A stretch of 64,000 bases of DNA from Alphaproteobacteria bacterium (GTDB lineage Bacteria > Pseudomonadota > Alphaproteobacteria > MPNO01 > UBA830), in assembly GCA_964291215.2 (NCBI GenBank), contig OZ219791.1, positions 2,720,001-2,784,000 of the forward strand, read 5' to 3'. A program made the translations under genes and the position numbers. How positions within the stretch are numbered: the first letter of the stretch is position 1; the number at the start of each line of letters is the position of its first letter. The notes below the pieces were generated by a model. The model ran no database searches. It saw only the letters and a list, made by a program, of their open reading frames with translations, and was not told where the DNA came from. Positions 10,476 through 19,679 of this stretch are shown here, one piece after another.

Positions 10476-12191
10476 ATGGCACGGAGCCGCGCGACGGTCC
10501 GCGACGACATTGCCGTGATCGTCATGACCGGCGTGCTCGCCGGTTGCGGTCTCGTCTACGAGTATCTTCTTGCCAGCACTGCGGGCCGCATCCTCGGCGC
10601 CGTCGAATCCGTGATCTTCGCGATGATCGGCCTGATGATCGTCGCCATGGGTGTCGGAGCGTTCCTGTCGCGCTTCATCACCCGGCCCTTTGCCGGATTC
10701 GCGTGGCTGGAGGTGCTCATCGCCGTGCTCGGCGGCTTCTCGGTGCTCCTCATGGGCGCGGTCGCAGCGGTGACGGTGCTGCTGCCGCAGGCAATCGCGG
10801 CGACCTACGGCATGCCGCCCGACCTGATTCCGCAAGGCGCGCTGATCGCCGCGCTCCGAAGCGCAGGCGAGATCGCGCCATATGTTCTCGGCGCGATCGT
10901 CGGTATTCTCGTTGGCATGGAAATTCCGCTGCTGGCGCGCATCCGCCAGAGCTTTCACGCCGACGCACTGGTCCACAATACCGGCACGATCTATGGTGCC
11001 GACTATATCGGTGCCGGGATCGGCGCGGCGCTATGGGTTGCCGTCATGCTGACCATGGATCCGGTGCGCGCGGCCTATCTCACGGCAGCGGTCAATCTCG
11101 TCGTCGGCGTCGGTTTCATCGTTCGTTACCGCCGCCGCATAGCGTGGTTTGCACCGATTCTCGGCCTCCATGTCGCTGCCGGGCTTGGGCTCGCCGCGGT
11201 GGCGCAGGAGGGCACGGGCTGGGCGCGGGCGATGGAGGACATCCTTTATGCGGATCGCATCGTCTATGCCGCCAACACCGAGCATCAGCGCGTCGCGGTG
11301 ACCCGGCGCCTGGTCGATGCCGGTGCGCCGCCCGTCGTCAGCCTCTACCTCAACGGACGTCTTCAGTTCTCGTCCAGTGACGAACATGTCTATCACGCGT
11401 TCCTCACCTATCCCGCGCTCGCCGCGGCGGCGCGGCGCGAGCATGTCCTCGTGATCGGCGGCGGCGACGGGCTCGCGGTGCGCGACATACTGCGCTGGGC
11501 TCCGCGATCGATAACGGTTCTCGATCTTGACCGCGAGCTCGTCGAGCTGTTCTCGTCGCCGCGTTTCGAGGATGGGCGCTTCGTTAACCGCGAGCTCCTT
11601 GCGCTCAACGGCTTCGCCTTCCGCGATCCGCGGGTGCGTGTCCGTTTCGGCGACGCCTTCGTTGGCGTCGACGAGTTGCTGCGCGAGGGCAGATCCTTCG
11701 ATGCGGTGATCGTCGACCTGCCCGATCCCGGGCATCCCGACCTGGCCCGGCTCTACAGCGTCAGCTTCTACCGCAAGCTTCGTCTGCTGCTCGCCGCCGA
11801 CGGCACCCTTGCCATCCAGTCGACCTCGCCGTATTTCGCGCGCGATGCGTTTCTCTGCATCGGGCGGACGGTCGAGGCCGCGGGCTTCGGGCGCGTCGAT
11901 CAGTACGGGCAGAACGTGCCTAGCCTCGGCCAGTGGGGCTGGACGGTGGCTACCCTGCGGGGCCCGTCGGTGTCCGGGCGCCTGCGGCGCATGGAGAAGC
12001 TGCCGGTCGATGACGGCTTCATGACGCACGAACTCCTGCTCAGCGCCTTCGCCTTTCCGCAGGGATTCTTCGACGGCCGCGATGCCATCGCGGCAAGCCG
12101 GCTCGACAACGCCGCGATCTACCACTACTACCTGCGCGGCTGGGAGGAGGCCGCCGGGGTGTCGCGAAAAAATCCGCCGGCCGGGCCTTGA
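10476..12191 (+). CDS. Polyamine aminopropyltransferase (spermidine synthase-like) fused to an N-terminal multi-TM domain
   Basis: N-terminal CGLVYEY..GMEIPL..DYIG membrane domain. Catalytic domain has LYLNGRLQFSS.DE..YH, VLVIGGGDGL, IVDLPDP and QSTSP. Confidence 0.9.
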   Translation: MARSRATVRDDIAVIVMTGVLAGCGLVYEYLLASTAGRILGAVESVIFAMIGLMIVAMGVGAFLSRFITRPFAGFAWLEVLIAVLGGFSVLLMGAVAAVTVLLPQAIAATYGMPPDLIPQGALIAALRSAGEIAPYVLGAIVGILVGMEIPLLARIRQSFHADALVHNTGTIYGADYIGAGIGAALWVAVMLTMDPVRAAYLTAAVNLVVGVGFIVRYRRRIAWFAPILGLHVAAGLGLAAVAQEGTGWARAMEDILYADRIVYAANTEHQRVAVTRRLVDAGAPPVVSLYLNGRLQFSSSDEHVYHAFLTYPALAAAARREHVLVIGGGDGLAVRDILRWAPRSITVLDLDRELVELFSSPRFEDGRFVNRELLALNGFAFRDPRVRVRFGDAFVGVDELLREGRSFDAVIVDLPDPGHPDLARLYSVSFYRKLRLLLAADGTLAIQSTSPYFARDAFLCIGRTVEAAGFGRVDQYGQNVPSLGQWGWTVATLRGPSVSGRLRRMEKLPVDDGFMTHELLLSAFAFPQGFFDGRDAIAASRLDNAAIYHYYLRGWEEAAGVSRKNPPAGP

Positions 12192-12217
12192 CACACTGTC
12201 CGCCCGCACCATATTGT
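12188..12217 (+). promoter_or_regulatory. Sigma70-like promoter internal to the cluster
   Basis: Perfect TTGACA at 12188-12193, followed by CATATT (16-nt spacer) or TATTGT (18-nt spacer). Confidence 0.55.
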
Positions 12218-12241
12218 GACATGTCACGCGTGACACGTCAC
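12216..12241. promoter_or_regulatory. Putative operator: four alternating GTGAC/GTCAC pentamers at 7-bp period
   Basis: GTGAC-AT-GTCAC-GC-GTGAC-AC-GTCAC lies directly after the -10 element. Confidence 0.6.
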
Positions 12242-12254
12242 GGATCAGCAAGCC

Positions 12255-12884
12255 GTGGAGGGTCGTTTGGCCGAAGGACGCACGGGCCGGCCGCTCAGCC
12301 CGGCCGACCGCAAGCGGCGTCAGCGCGAGCGCCTGCAACGGGCGGGGCTGAGCGCCGTCGAGATCTGGGTGCCGCCCGAACACCGGCCTGCGGTGCGCCG
12401 CTTCGAGCGCCTGCTTCGTCTCGGCATCGTTCCTCCGCTGCCGGCTGCCCGGAACATCGACGCGAAAGGAGATCATGCGATGGACCTCAACCTGCTGCGT
12501 AAGACACTGGACGGCTACACGTCCGAAAACGGTTTTGCATTCAGCGCCATAGAGTCGGAAAGCGAGGATGCGCTCGAAGTCGTGGTCGAGGATCGCGACG
12601 AGTTTCCGATCCTGGTTTCGGCCGACGACGAACAGGTGCTCTGCATCACCTATCTGTGGAGCGACGGCGAAATCAGGTCCGACCGGCGCACCGAGCTCCT
12701 GACGGCGCTCCTCGAGATGAACGTGCCGCTGCCGCTGTCGTCGTTCGGCAAGGTGGGCGACCGCTATGTCATCTTCGGTGCACTGGCGGCGAGCGGCTCG
12801 GTCGAGGATCTGGTGACCGAGCTGGAAACGCTGAGCGACAATACCCTCGAGGCGCTCGAGGCTGTTGCCGGCTACCTGAACTAG
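12255..12884 (+). CDS. YjfI/DUF2170-family (CesT-like chaperone fold) protein with a basic N-terminal extension; second in-frame start at 12480
   Basis: C-terminal LLEMNVPLPLSSFG...YVIFGAL...ELETLSDN is typical of YjfI. N-terminal extension is DRKRRQRERLQRAGLSAVEIWVP. AAAGGAG RBS precedes ATG 12480. Confidence 0.8.
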   Translation: MEGRLAEGRTGRPLSPADRKRRQRERLQRAGLSAVEIWVPPEHRPAVRRFERLLRLGIVPPLPAARNIDAKGDHAMDLNLLRKTLDGYTSENGFAFSAIESESEDALEVVVEDRDEFPILVSADDEQVLCITYLWSDGEIRSDRRTELLTALLEMNVPLPLSSFGKVGDRYVIFGALAASGSVEDLVTELETLSDNTLEALEAVAGYLN

Positions 12885-12908
12885 CCCGACAGGCAGGGAG
12901 AGACTACG

Positions 12909-13601
12909 ATGGCAATCTTGGCAAAACTGTTCACGGCAATGCGCGGCGCCGCCACCGAGGCCGGCGAGGCGGTCGTTGACAACCAGGCGCTGAGAATCCT
13001 CGACCAGGAAATGCGCGATGCCGACAAGGAGTTGAACGAGGCCAAGGCGCAGCTCGTCGAGGTGATGGCGCAGAAGCGCGGGGTCGAGCGCGAGATCGAG
13101 AAGTTGCGCGGACAGGTCTCGGAGCACGAAGCCTACGCGATGAAGGCGCTCGACAAGGGCGACGAGAGCCTTGCCTCCGATGTCGCCGAGCGCATCGCCG
13201 AGTTCGAGGAGGAGCTCGGGCTGCAGGAACACGCGCTCGTCCAATACGATACGGGCGTCAACCAGCTCAAGCGCAGCATCAAGGCTACCGAGCGCAATAT
13301 CGCCGCGATGCGCCGCCAGGTGTCGATGGTCAAGGCTACCGAGCGCGTGCAGAAGGTGAGCTCGGCGGCCAATGCCCGGTTCTCGGGCAGCAACACCGCG
13401 ATGTCGTCGGCGACCGAATCTCTCGAGCGGATCAAGCGCCGCCAGCAGCGGCGCGCCGACCAGGCGGAGGCGGCATCCCAGTTGGCCGCCGACAGTGAAG
13501 GCGCCGGTCTCGAGAAACGCTTGCGCGACGCTGGCATCGTGAGCGGCGAGCGGTCGGGCTCCGCCGTGCTCGACCGTCTCCGGGCCAAGCGGGACGGCTG
13601 A
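12909..13601 (+). CDS. PspA/IM30 (YjfJ-like) family protein
   Basis: MAILAKLFTAMRG..GEAVVD.QALRILDQEMRDA, a long coiled coil, SLERIK and VLDRL. GGGAG RBS. Confidence 0.92.
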   Translation: MAILAKLFTAMRGAATEAGEAVVDNQALRILDQEMRDADKELNEAKAQLVEVMAQKRGVEREIEKLRGQVSEHEAYAMKALDKGDESLASDVAERIAEFEEELGLQEHALVQYDTGVNQLKRSIKATERNIAAMRRQVSMVKATERVQKVSSAANARFSGSNTAMSSATESLERIKRRQQRRADQAEAASQLAADSEGAGLEKRLRDAGIVSGERSGSAVLDRLRAKRDG

Positions 13602-14221
13602 TGTTCGGGCGGCTGTTCGGCCGTCGCGAGGAGCCGGAGGACGCCGCTCCGCCCGCCGCCCACGCCTGGGACCTGTGCCCGGGCAGCTTCCTGCGGCTCG
13701 GTTTCGTCGCGCCTGAGGGCCTTGCGCGGGCCGAGCTCGAAGTTTGCGGCGTCCACGCCCTTGACCTCTCCGGCAGCATGCGCCGGGTGCTGACAGTCGA
13801 GGCGCTGGCGCTCGGGCGGCTGCTCATGTGGCGCGGTGAGCGCGGTACGGTGGCGATGGGCCGGCCCGTGGATCGGCCGGATGTCGAGCGCCTGTTCGAC
13901 CTTGGCGAGTTCGCCCGCCTGTTCGATCTCCACGGCGCTGGGAACCAGGTGCTCAACCGGGTAGCGGAGCCTGCGGATTTTGCGGGCTGGACGGCGCCGG
14001 TCTACCGCCAGGAGGCCGCTCACGAGGCCTTCCGCCGGGAGGCGGATCCGCTTTCGGGCGCTTCCGGCGCGGGCGCCGGGCAGGCCTTCGACTTCTACCG
14101 CCTGGTCGACGACCGGCGCTGCCACGCCTTGGAAGCCTACGTGCATGACGGCGGGCGCACCGACGTTGTCGTGGCGGCGCTGCTCGGCGAATCCGTGGTC
14201 GAGGAGATCTGGTCGGGCTGA
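13601..14221 (+). CDS. YjfK/DUF2491-like protein
   Basis: ATG overlaps the pspA stop, starts MFGRLFGR, and occupies the yjfK position of yjfIJK clusters. Family call is by context and weak similarity. Confidence 0.65.
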   Translation: MFGRLFGRREEPEDAAPPAAHAWDLCPGSFLRLGFVAPEGLARAELEVCGVHALDLSGSMRRVLTVEALALGRLLMWRGERGTVAMGRPVDRPDVERLFDLGEFARLFDLHGAGNQVLNRVAEPADFAGWTAPVYRQEAAHEAFRREADPLSGASGAGAGQAFDFYRLVDDRRCHALEAYVHDGGRTDVVVAALLGESVVEEIWSG

Positions 14222-14301
14222 GCCTCGGGACTTCCGGCGCGTGTGGCCGATTCCGGGCGCTCGTGTGGCGGCAGACTCCGCCTCGCGGGAACGCGCTCCG
14301 G

Positions 14302-17210
14302 CCAGGTGTTTCCCACGCTGCATTCAATTTTGGTAACTGCTCACCCCCTGGTTCCGGCTTGATGTCGGGGTAGAGCAACAAACGGGTTTTCGTGGAGATT
14401 TGACACTGCAGGCCGATTCGTTTAGTGGTGGTAATCGAGAACGACGGGGACCGCCAGTGGGCTACTTTGGATCGAAGGCGACGAGCGGGCTGTGCCAGCT
14501 GCTTCCGGGGCTCCAGCCCCCGCATGATCTGTATGTGGAAACGCATCTCGGAAGCGGCGCGCTGATGAAGCGCAAGGCCGGGTGATGGCGACGGGCGGCG
14601 CGCGAGGAGTTCGAAGCGGCCAAGGCGCTGCCGGCAAGGTGGCGGAAAAGGCCGTCATCCGCGTCCTCGTCATCCTGCTCGACATCCTCATCGTCGTCCT
14701 TCTGGAGAAGACCACGCACGAGCCGGACTCCGGTCTGCCGCCGTCACAGACGGACAAGAGCGTGCCGGGAGCAACGGCCCGAAGCCGAACCAGCAGATGG
14801 GCGACAACCTGCGCAAGATCATCGTCGAGGAGACGGTCGCGGCCTGCGATGCCTGCGGCGCCGGGGACATCGACGGCCCCGTCGATCGGGAGCGCCGCAC
14901 GACATCGTGTTCGAGGTCGCGCCGCGCCGAGGAATGCCCGAAGTGCAAGGGCCGGTTCCCCGACAACATCCCGTGCAGTACGGCATCCAGGCCCTCGTCA
15001 TCAACCTGCCGGTCGCCCAGATGCTGTCCCTGCGCCGTCGCGCTCGTGCAGGCGATCTCCGGCATCAAGCTCTCCGAGGCCTCGGCTATGCTTTCACGAT
15101 GCGTCATGGGAGGAGGCCGCCGTGGCGCACCTCCTGCAACGCCCGATGTCGATGATTTCGGATCAACAGTAAGTGGCTTCATGTCGTCGGGACGTGCAAG
15201 TTCCCGCACCGCAAGCGCGGGCAAGAGATTGGCCCATGCTACAAGGGCGTCCTGGGCCTCGTACATGGGCCAGTGTAGCCACCAGCTGTGCGGCAGCCAC
15301 CTGCTGCGCGAACTGACCTTTGTCGTCGAGGCTACCGCGCGACTGATGAAGAGCCTGCTCCCTGCCACAAGGTCAACAAGAGCGCATCCAAGACCCTGAA
15401 CGACGACGTGCGCAAGCGCTACCGCACCATCAGGGCGCCAGGGAACTGCCCGATATCCCGACGAAAGGAAAACGTGGACGCAAGTCCGACGCGCACAACC
15501 TGCACGAACGTCTCGTGAAACACGAAAACCTGCGCTTCACAGACGACCCCAACGTCAGCTTCACCAACAATGCCGGAGAACAGAAGATCAGGATGGCAAA
15601 GGTCAAGGTGTCCGGATGCTTCCGCTCCACGCAAAAGCATGGTGCCAAGCTACCTCACCTCCATGGCCGCACTCGGCTACAACCCACTCGTCGCCACCCA
15701 GATCGCCCTCGACGGAAAAGCCGCAGACATCATCAACGAGCACTATGGCCAATCAGAACCCAACAAGGGGTGAGTAGATACCAATTTTGCTGTCTTCTGC
15801 TGTTCGGAGGTTTCACGGCGTGCCGGGTTTTCGGGGCCGTCCGCGGTCGTCGCCGACGGCGTTGCCGGCGCGTGGGCGGGTTGTGGGCGGCGTCCGGGAA
15901 TCGGCCAGACGCTATTGGCGCTCAGGGCTGCGACGGCTTCCCGGCGGTCGAGCCGCCGCCGTGTTTCGGCGAGGCTCTCGCGTCGGTTGGCGAAGATCAC
16001 CGCGAGCGCGAGGTCGTCGAGGCTGGCGTGGTTTGCGGGTCAGGCAGGCGTCCTCGCCGAAGACGCAGTCTCGGTGGTTCATGTTTTCCACGGCCCGCGG
16101 CCGCAGCAGTTCCTCTGGCGACGCGTGTTGCGCATCGAGCTGATGCACCGGTACAGTCGTTGCCGCTCGCTGCGCCGCTGGCGCTCTTTCCCGGCGGCTT
16201 GCGGTAGCATGCGGGCGATCTGCCGGGGTAGTTGATCAGGTCCTCGAGCGGCACGCGCTGCTCGAGGCGGGCCTTGCCTCCTTGAAGCGGCCATCCGTCT
16301 CCCGGTCGATGCCGTCGAAGGTTTCGGGCGCCCTTGACCGAGAAGATGTGGTCTGCGCCGCAGCGCCGGGTGATCAGCGTCGCCGGCGTCGTGCGGGTGA
16401 TCACCTTGCCGCGGACATCGGTGCGCTCGAGGAGGTGGCCGCCAGCTCACCGTCGTCGAAGTTCAACAGCGCGAAGGGTGCGCCGGAGGCGTGAGGGCCA
16501 CGGTCTCGTGGTGGCCGTTGCGGTTGGCGCCGCGGATGCGCTTGCCGTCGGCGGCAAGCGCTCGGGCGAGCCCGCGGCCGAGCACATCCTCGAGCGCCTC
16601 GGGGTCGATTGACTGCCCGGTGGAGGGTCGCCCCGGAGGGCGGCTCGCGCAGCTCTGTCCTCGGGTTCCGCCGATGACCTCGAGCTCGTCCCGGGACAGC
16701 GACCGCGCAAACTGCGCAGCTGCCTTTCATGCGCGGCGGAAGTCCTCGATCGCCGCCAGCTCGTCGTGCAGCGAACGCATCACCTCGGAACCCCGGGGAG
16801 CGAGGAGGCAGGCCACCGCAGCGCCTGCGACAGCAGCCGTCGCGCCGCACAACGAAAATCTCCTTGCCATGGGGGTCGGTGCAGCGCCCGCGGGCAAACC
16901 CCCTGGCACGCCAGCCCGCCGCCTTGTGCCCGCAAAACGCGCCGGATCGCAGAACGTCTCCGCCACCTGGTGGCCGCAGGCCCAGTCGTCGGCCAGCCGC
17001 CGCGTCGCAAGAAAGAAGAAGGCGAGGTTCGGAAACGCTCCCGGCGCCGCAAGCAGTCGCGTGTTGTCAGATCAAGCCACTGCTGCTCCGGCTTCCAGCC
17101 ACCGGTCGCGGCACTTGAAGGCCCCGTCACGCCGCCAAACCACTGCTCCTGAAGGACGCAATATGGCGCAGCCCCGTCAGACGGCGAAACCCGAGATAGT
17201 CGTCCATCAA
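14302..17210 (-). mobile_element. Degraded DUF4338-ISAs1 element (copy 2), interrupted near its end by an IS66-ended element; boundaries approximate
   Basis: Fragments MAETFCDPARFAGT, WKPEQQ, LAADGKRIRG, FSVKG and AVENMNHRDCVFGEDAC. The terminal segment matches 54350-54490 in inverted orientation. Confidence 0.75.
14333..15781 (+). mobile_element. Non-autonomous IS66-type element (copy A) with a DNA adenine methyltransferase 5' fragment and decayed tnpC
   Basis: Ends GTAACTGCTCACCCC / GGGGTGAGTAGATAC, with a perfect 8-bp TSD CAATTTTG. Carries the GYFGSKATSGLCQ..PPHDLYVETHLGSG MTase fragment and tnpC motifs HQLCGSHLLREL and FTNNAGEQKIRMAKVKVSGCFR. Confidence 0.9.
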
Positions 17211-17281
17211 CGCATCCCGCAGCGGACGCTCCTCAGGGCTCTTCTTTTGTCATGTTTTTGAAAAAATAACGATTTTATATC

Positions 17282-17974
17282 GTAACTGCTTACCGCTGCT
17301 GGTCATGGATTGCCGTTCCTGACGGCGTTCGGGGTCAAGCATCTTTTCTCGTCCCCTTCCCTCGCTGATTGCCGGAAACCGGAGGTGCGGGTTCCGATGG
17401 GCAAGAACCGTTCCGGTCTTCGGCCGGTCTTGCTTTCCGGCCGGTGTCGCCGGGTCTGCAATGCGGTACCGAGCCCGCGGTGCGGGTTCCATCGTGCCGG
17501 CTGAGGAATCCGGCGGTGCAGCTTCAGATATCCTGGCCTCTGGAGAATTGGCAGGCAAGGCCCTCCGGCGGCCGTTCAGGCGGGCTTCGGAGGCAGTTCG
17601 TAGATCATGCGGAGCTCGGTTCCGAGAACGCAGGTGCCGGTTTCATTGAGTTCCTTCAGCAGTCCTGCGATGGCGGCGTTGCAGGCGGATCCGGGGATGC
17701 GCACCCGGAGGATCCCCGGTTCAGGTTCGGGGAGGATGTCGGCGTCGGCCTGCAGGAGGGTGCGGAGGGGTTTTCGCGGGCGCGGTTTCCTGCCCTGCTC
17801 CTTCGCCAGGGCCGCCATCGTCCGGGTTTCGGCGCGGTAGGCGATCATGCGCAGGATGTCGAGCCGGTGCTTCTCCCGGAACGGAAGAGCATCGAGGGCC
17901 GGATCGGCGGCGAGTTCCCGGATGCGAACGCCGTCAGGAAAGGCGGCCAATGATCAGCAGGGGCAAGCAGTTAC
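17282..17974. mobile_element. 693-bp IS66-ended mini-element carrying the C-terminal fragment of a different putative transposase
   Basis: Ends GTAACTGCTTACC / GGGCAAGCAGTTAC, with a perfect 8-bp TSD TTTATATC. Minus-strand ORF 17576-17950 (MIAYRAET..ADILPEPE..LNET..GTELRMIYEL). Confidence 0.85.
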
Positions 17975-18362
17975 TTTATATCAATGATTTGAAGTTAAAT
18001 TACCTGATGTGTCTTCATGTCGAGATCAGATGTTTCCGACCCCGTTTGTCCACTTGTGAAGGCCGTGGTGCAACCATTTCGTCAATGTTCCCTATTTGTT
18101 TTATGAAGCCGTAGAACTGTCGGGCTTGCGCAGGAGATCAGGGAACGCGGCGTCCGGCCACGCCATCGGCGGGTAGGGCAAGGGGAGACGCAAACGATCT
18201 TTCCGCGCTCAAGGTAACGGCGCTGGCGCACGACGACATGGCAGCGCTGCACCACGGGATGCGCGGCAAGCCCCGACCCGGACAACCGCCAAGTGTATGT
18301 CCACCTCGCCGACGATCCGCAGCATGGCGCTTCCGGGCGAACCACCGCGTCCCTCAAGCAGG

Positions 18363-19208
18363 TCATGGGCCGTAGCGCGAGCGCCGGTTTCCTCCACCCG
18401 CGCTTCGCGCCTCCCGATCACCCCCGGCCAGGCCGCGCAGCACGAACTCGCGCCAGCCGCCGTCGGCAAGCGCCTCTGCCTTCGGGACCCAGCGCCGCAC
18501 CTGCGAGCGCATCCAGCTGTCGGAGGTCCATGTCGCTGCCACATCCTCCTCGCCCCAGATGTCTTCCGCGATCCCGCGCGCCGTCTTGCCGGCCCCGAGC
18601 CCGGCCAGCACCGTCACCAGCCTGTCGATCTCGCGAACCGTGCCTCCCGACCCTGCCCGTTCCGAGGGACCGGAAGACCCGCCACGTTCCAGAAGTCGAG
18701 AAGGCGCCGGACCGACAGCGGCATTCGCAGCCCGAACGGATGCCTGATCGAAATGCCGCCGTCGCCGGGGAACCGCGCCGCGTTCCCGAGGTCGATCCGG
18801 ACCGCCGCGCCGCCATGTTTGATCTTGAGCACCAGACCGCCGCCGAGCAGGCGCAGCCCCTCGACCGCGCCTCCCATCAGCCCGAGCAGCGGCTCCGGCA
18901 CGCCCTCCGGCATCCCGTCCTGACGCCAGAAGGGCGAGGCGGGGCTGTCCGCCTTCCAGGGGTCTTCCCAGGCGAGCATCTCGAACCGCTCCGCCGCCAG
19001 GTCGGCCTTCGTCTGGATAGGGAAGGAGCCGGGTTCCGGCGCGCCGGCGGCGTGCCGGCGCCAGGCTTCCTCGTATTCGACGACCTTGCCTGAGAACCTT
19101 CCAGGCAAGGACGCCGTTCCCGGTCTCCGTCACGGATGCCGCCCCTTGTCGGTGCCGCGACACCAGGCGGGAGCCCGCAACGCATTCGGTTTCGTTTCCG
19201 GCGGTCAT
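18363..19208 (-). pseudogene. DUF6499/DUF2285 (FseA/RovC-like) transcription activator, frameshifted
   Basis: N-terminal LAWKVLR..EYEEAWRRH (DUF6499-like), middle LAWEDP..ASPFW, and C-terminal RGIAEDIWG..W..DSWMRSQVRR..A.AL.DGGWR (DUF2285-like) lie in different frames. Confidence 0.65.
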
Positions 19209-19679
19209 GTTGCGGTCTCCCGCATGGACTTCCCGGACCGGATGCCGGCTGGCGCGGCCGCCCTCCTCGCCGCCTCAACCGCTGTATGCCTGTTCACCAG
19301 GGCGCCCTCCCGGAATCGAGTAATCCACTTGATGCCCACTATGCGTCGGCTGGCTCGACCCGGCCAATTGCCGCCCGCGATGCGGGAAATCAGCCGAATG
19401 CGGCATGGAGTCCTTCCACTACCGCGCGCTATGCGCATCTGGCGCAAGGCCCGGTGCGCGGGTCCGCCGTCTGCGTCTCCGACAGCATTGCTGCCGATAT
19501 CCTCGGGGACTACCGCCCGTCATGACGGCTCTGGCATATCCCCGCCACAGGCTCCGGCGATTGCGGAGCCGATGTTGCCCGGTGTAGGGTGCCGCCATGC
19601 CGAATGTCGACCCTCTTCCGGCCCGCAAGCAGGATGTCCGTCGGGAGCCTCCCGGAGACGATGCCGGAGGTCTTTCCCG

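Noticed and set aside
11031-13244. 737-aa minus-strand ORF, and similar long antisense ORFs (25587-28154, 33974-36184, 44944-46614, 41402-42883)
   Set aside because: These are shadows of real genes on the opposite strand in high-GC DNA, with no recognisable motifs.
14400-14990. Idea that the 6-bp deletions specifically remove restriction sites (GTCGAC, CTGCAG)
   Set aside because: Only one of three removes a palindrome exactly, the sample is too small, and such sites are abundant elsewhere in the window.
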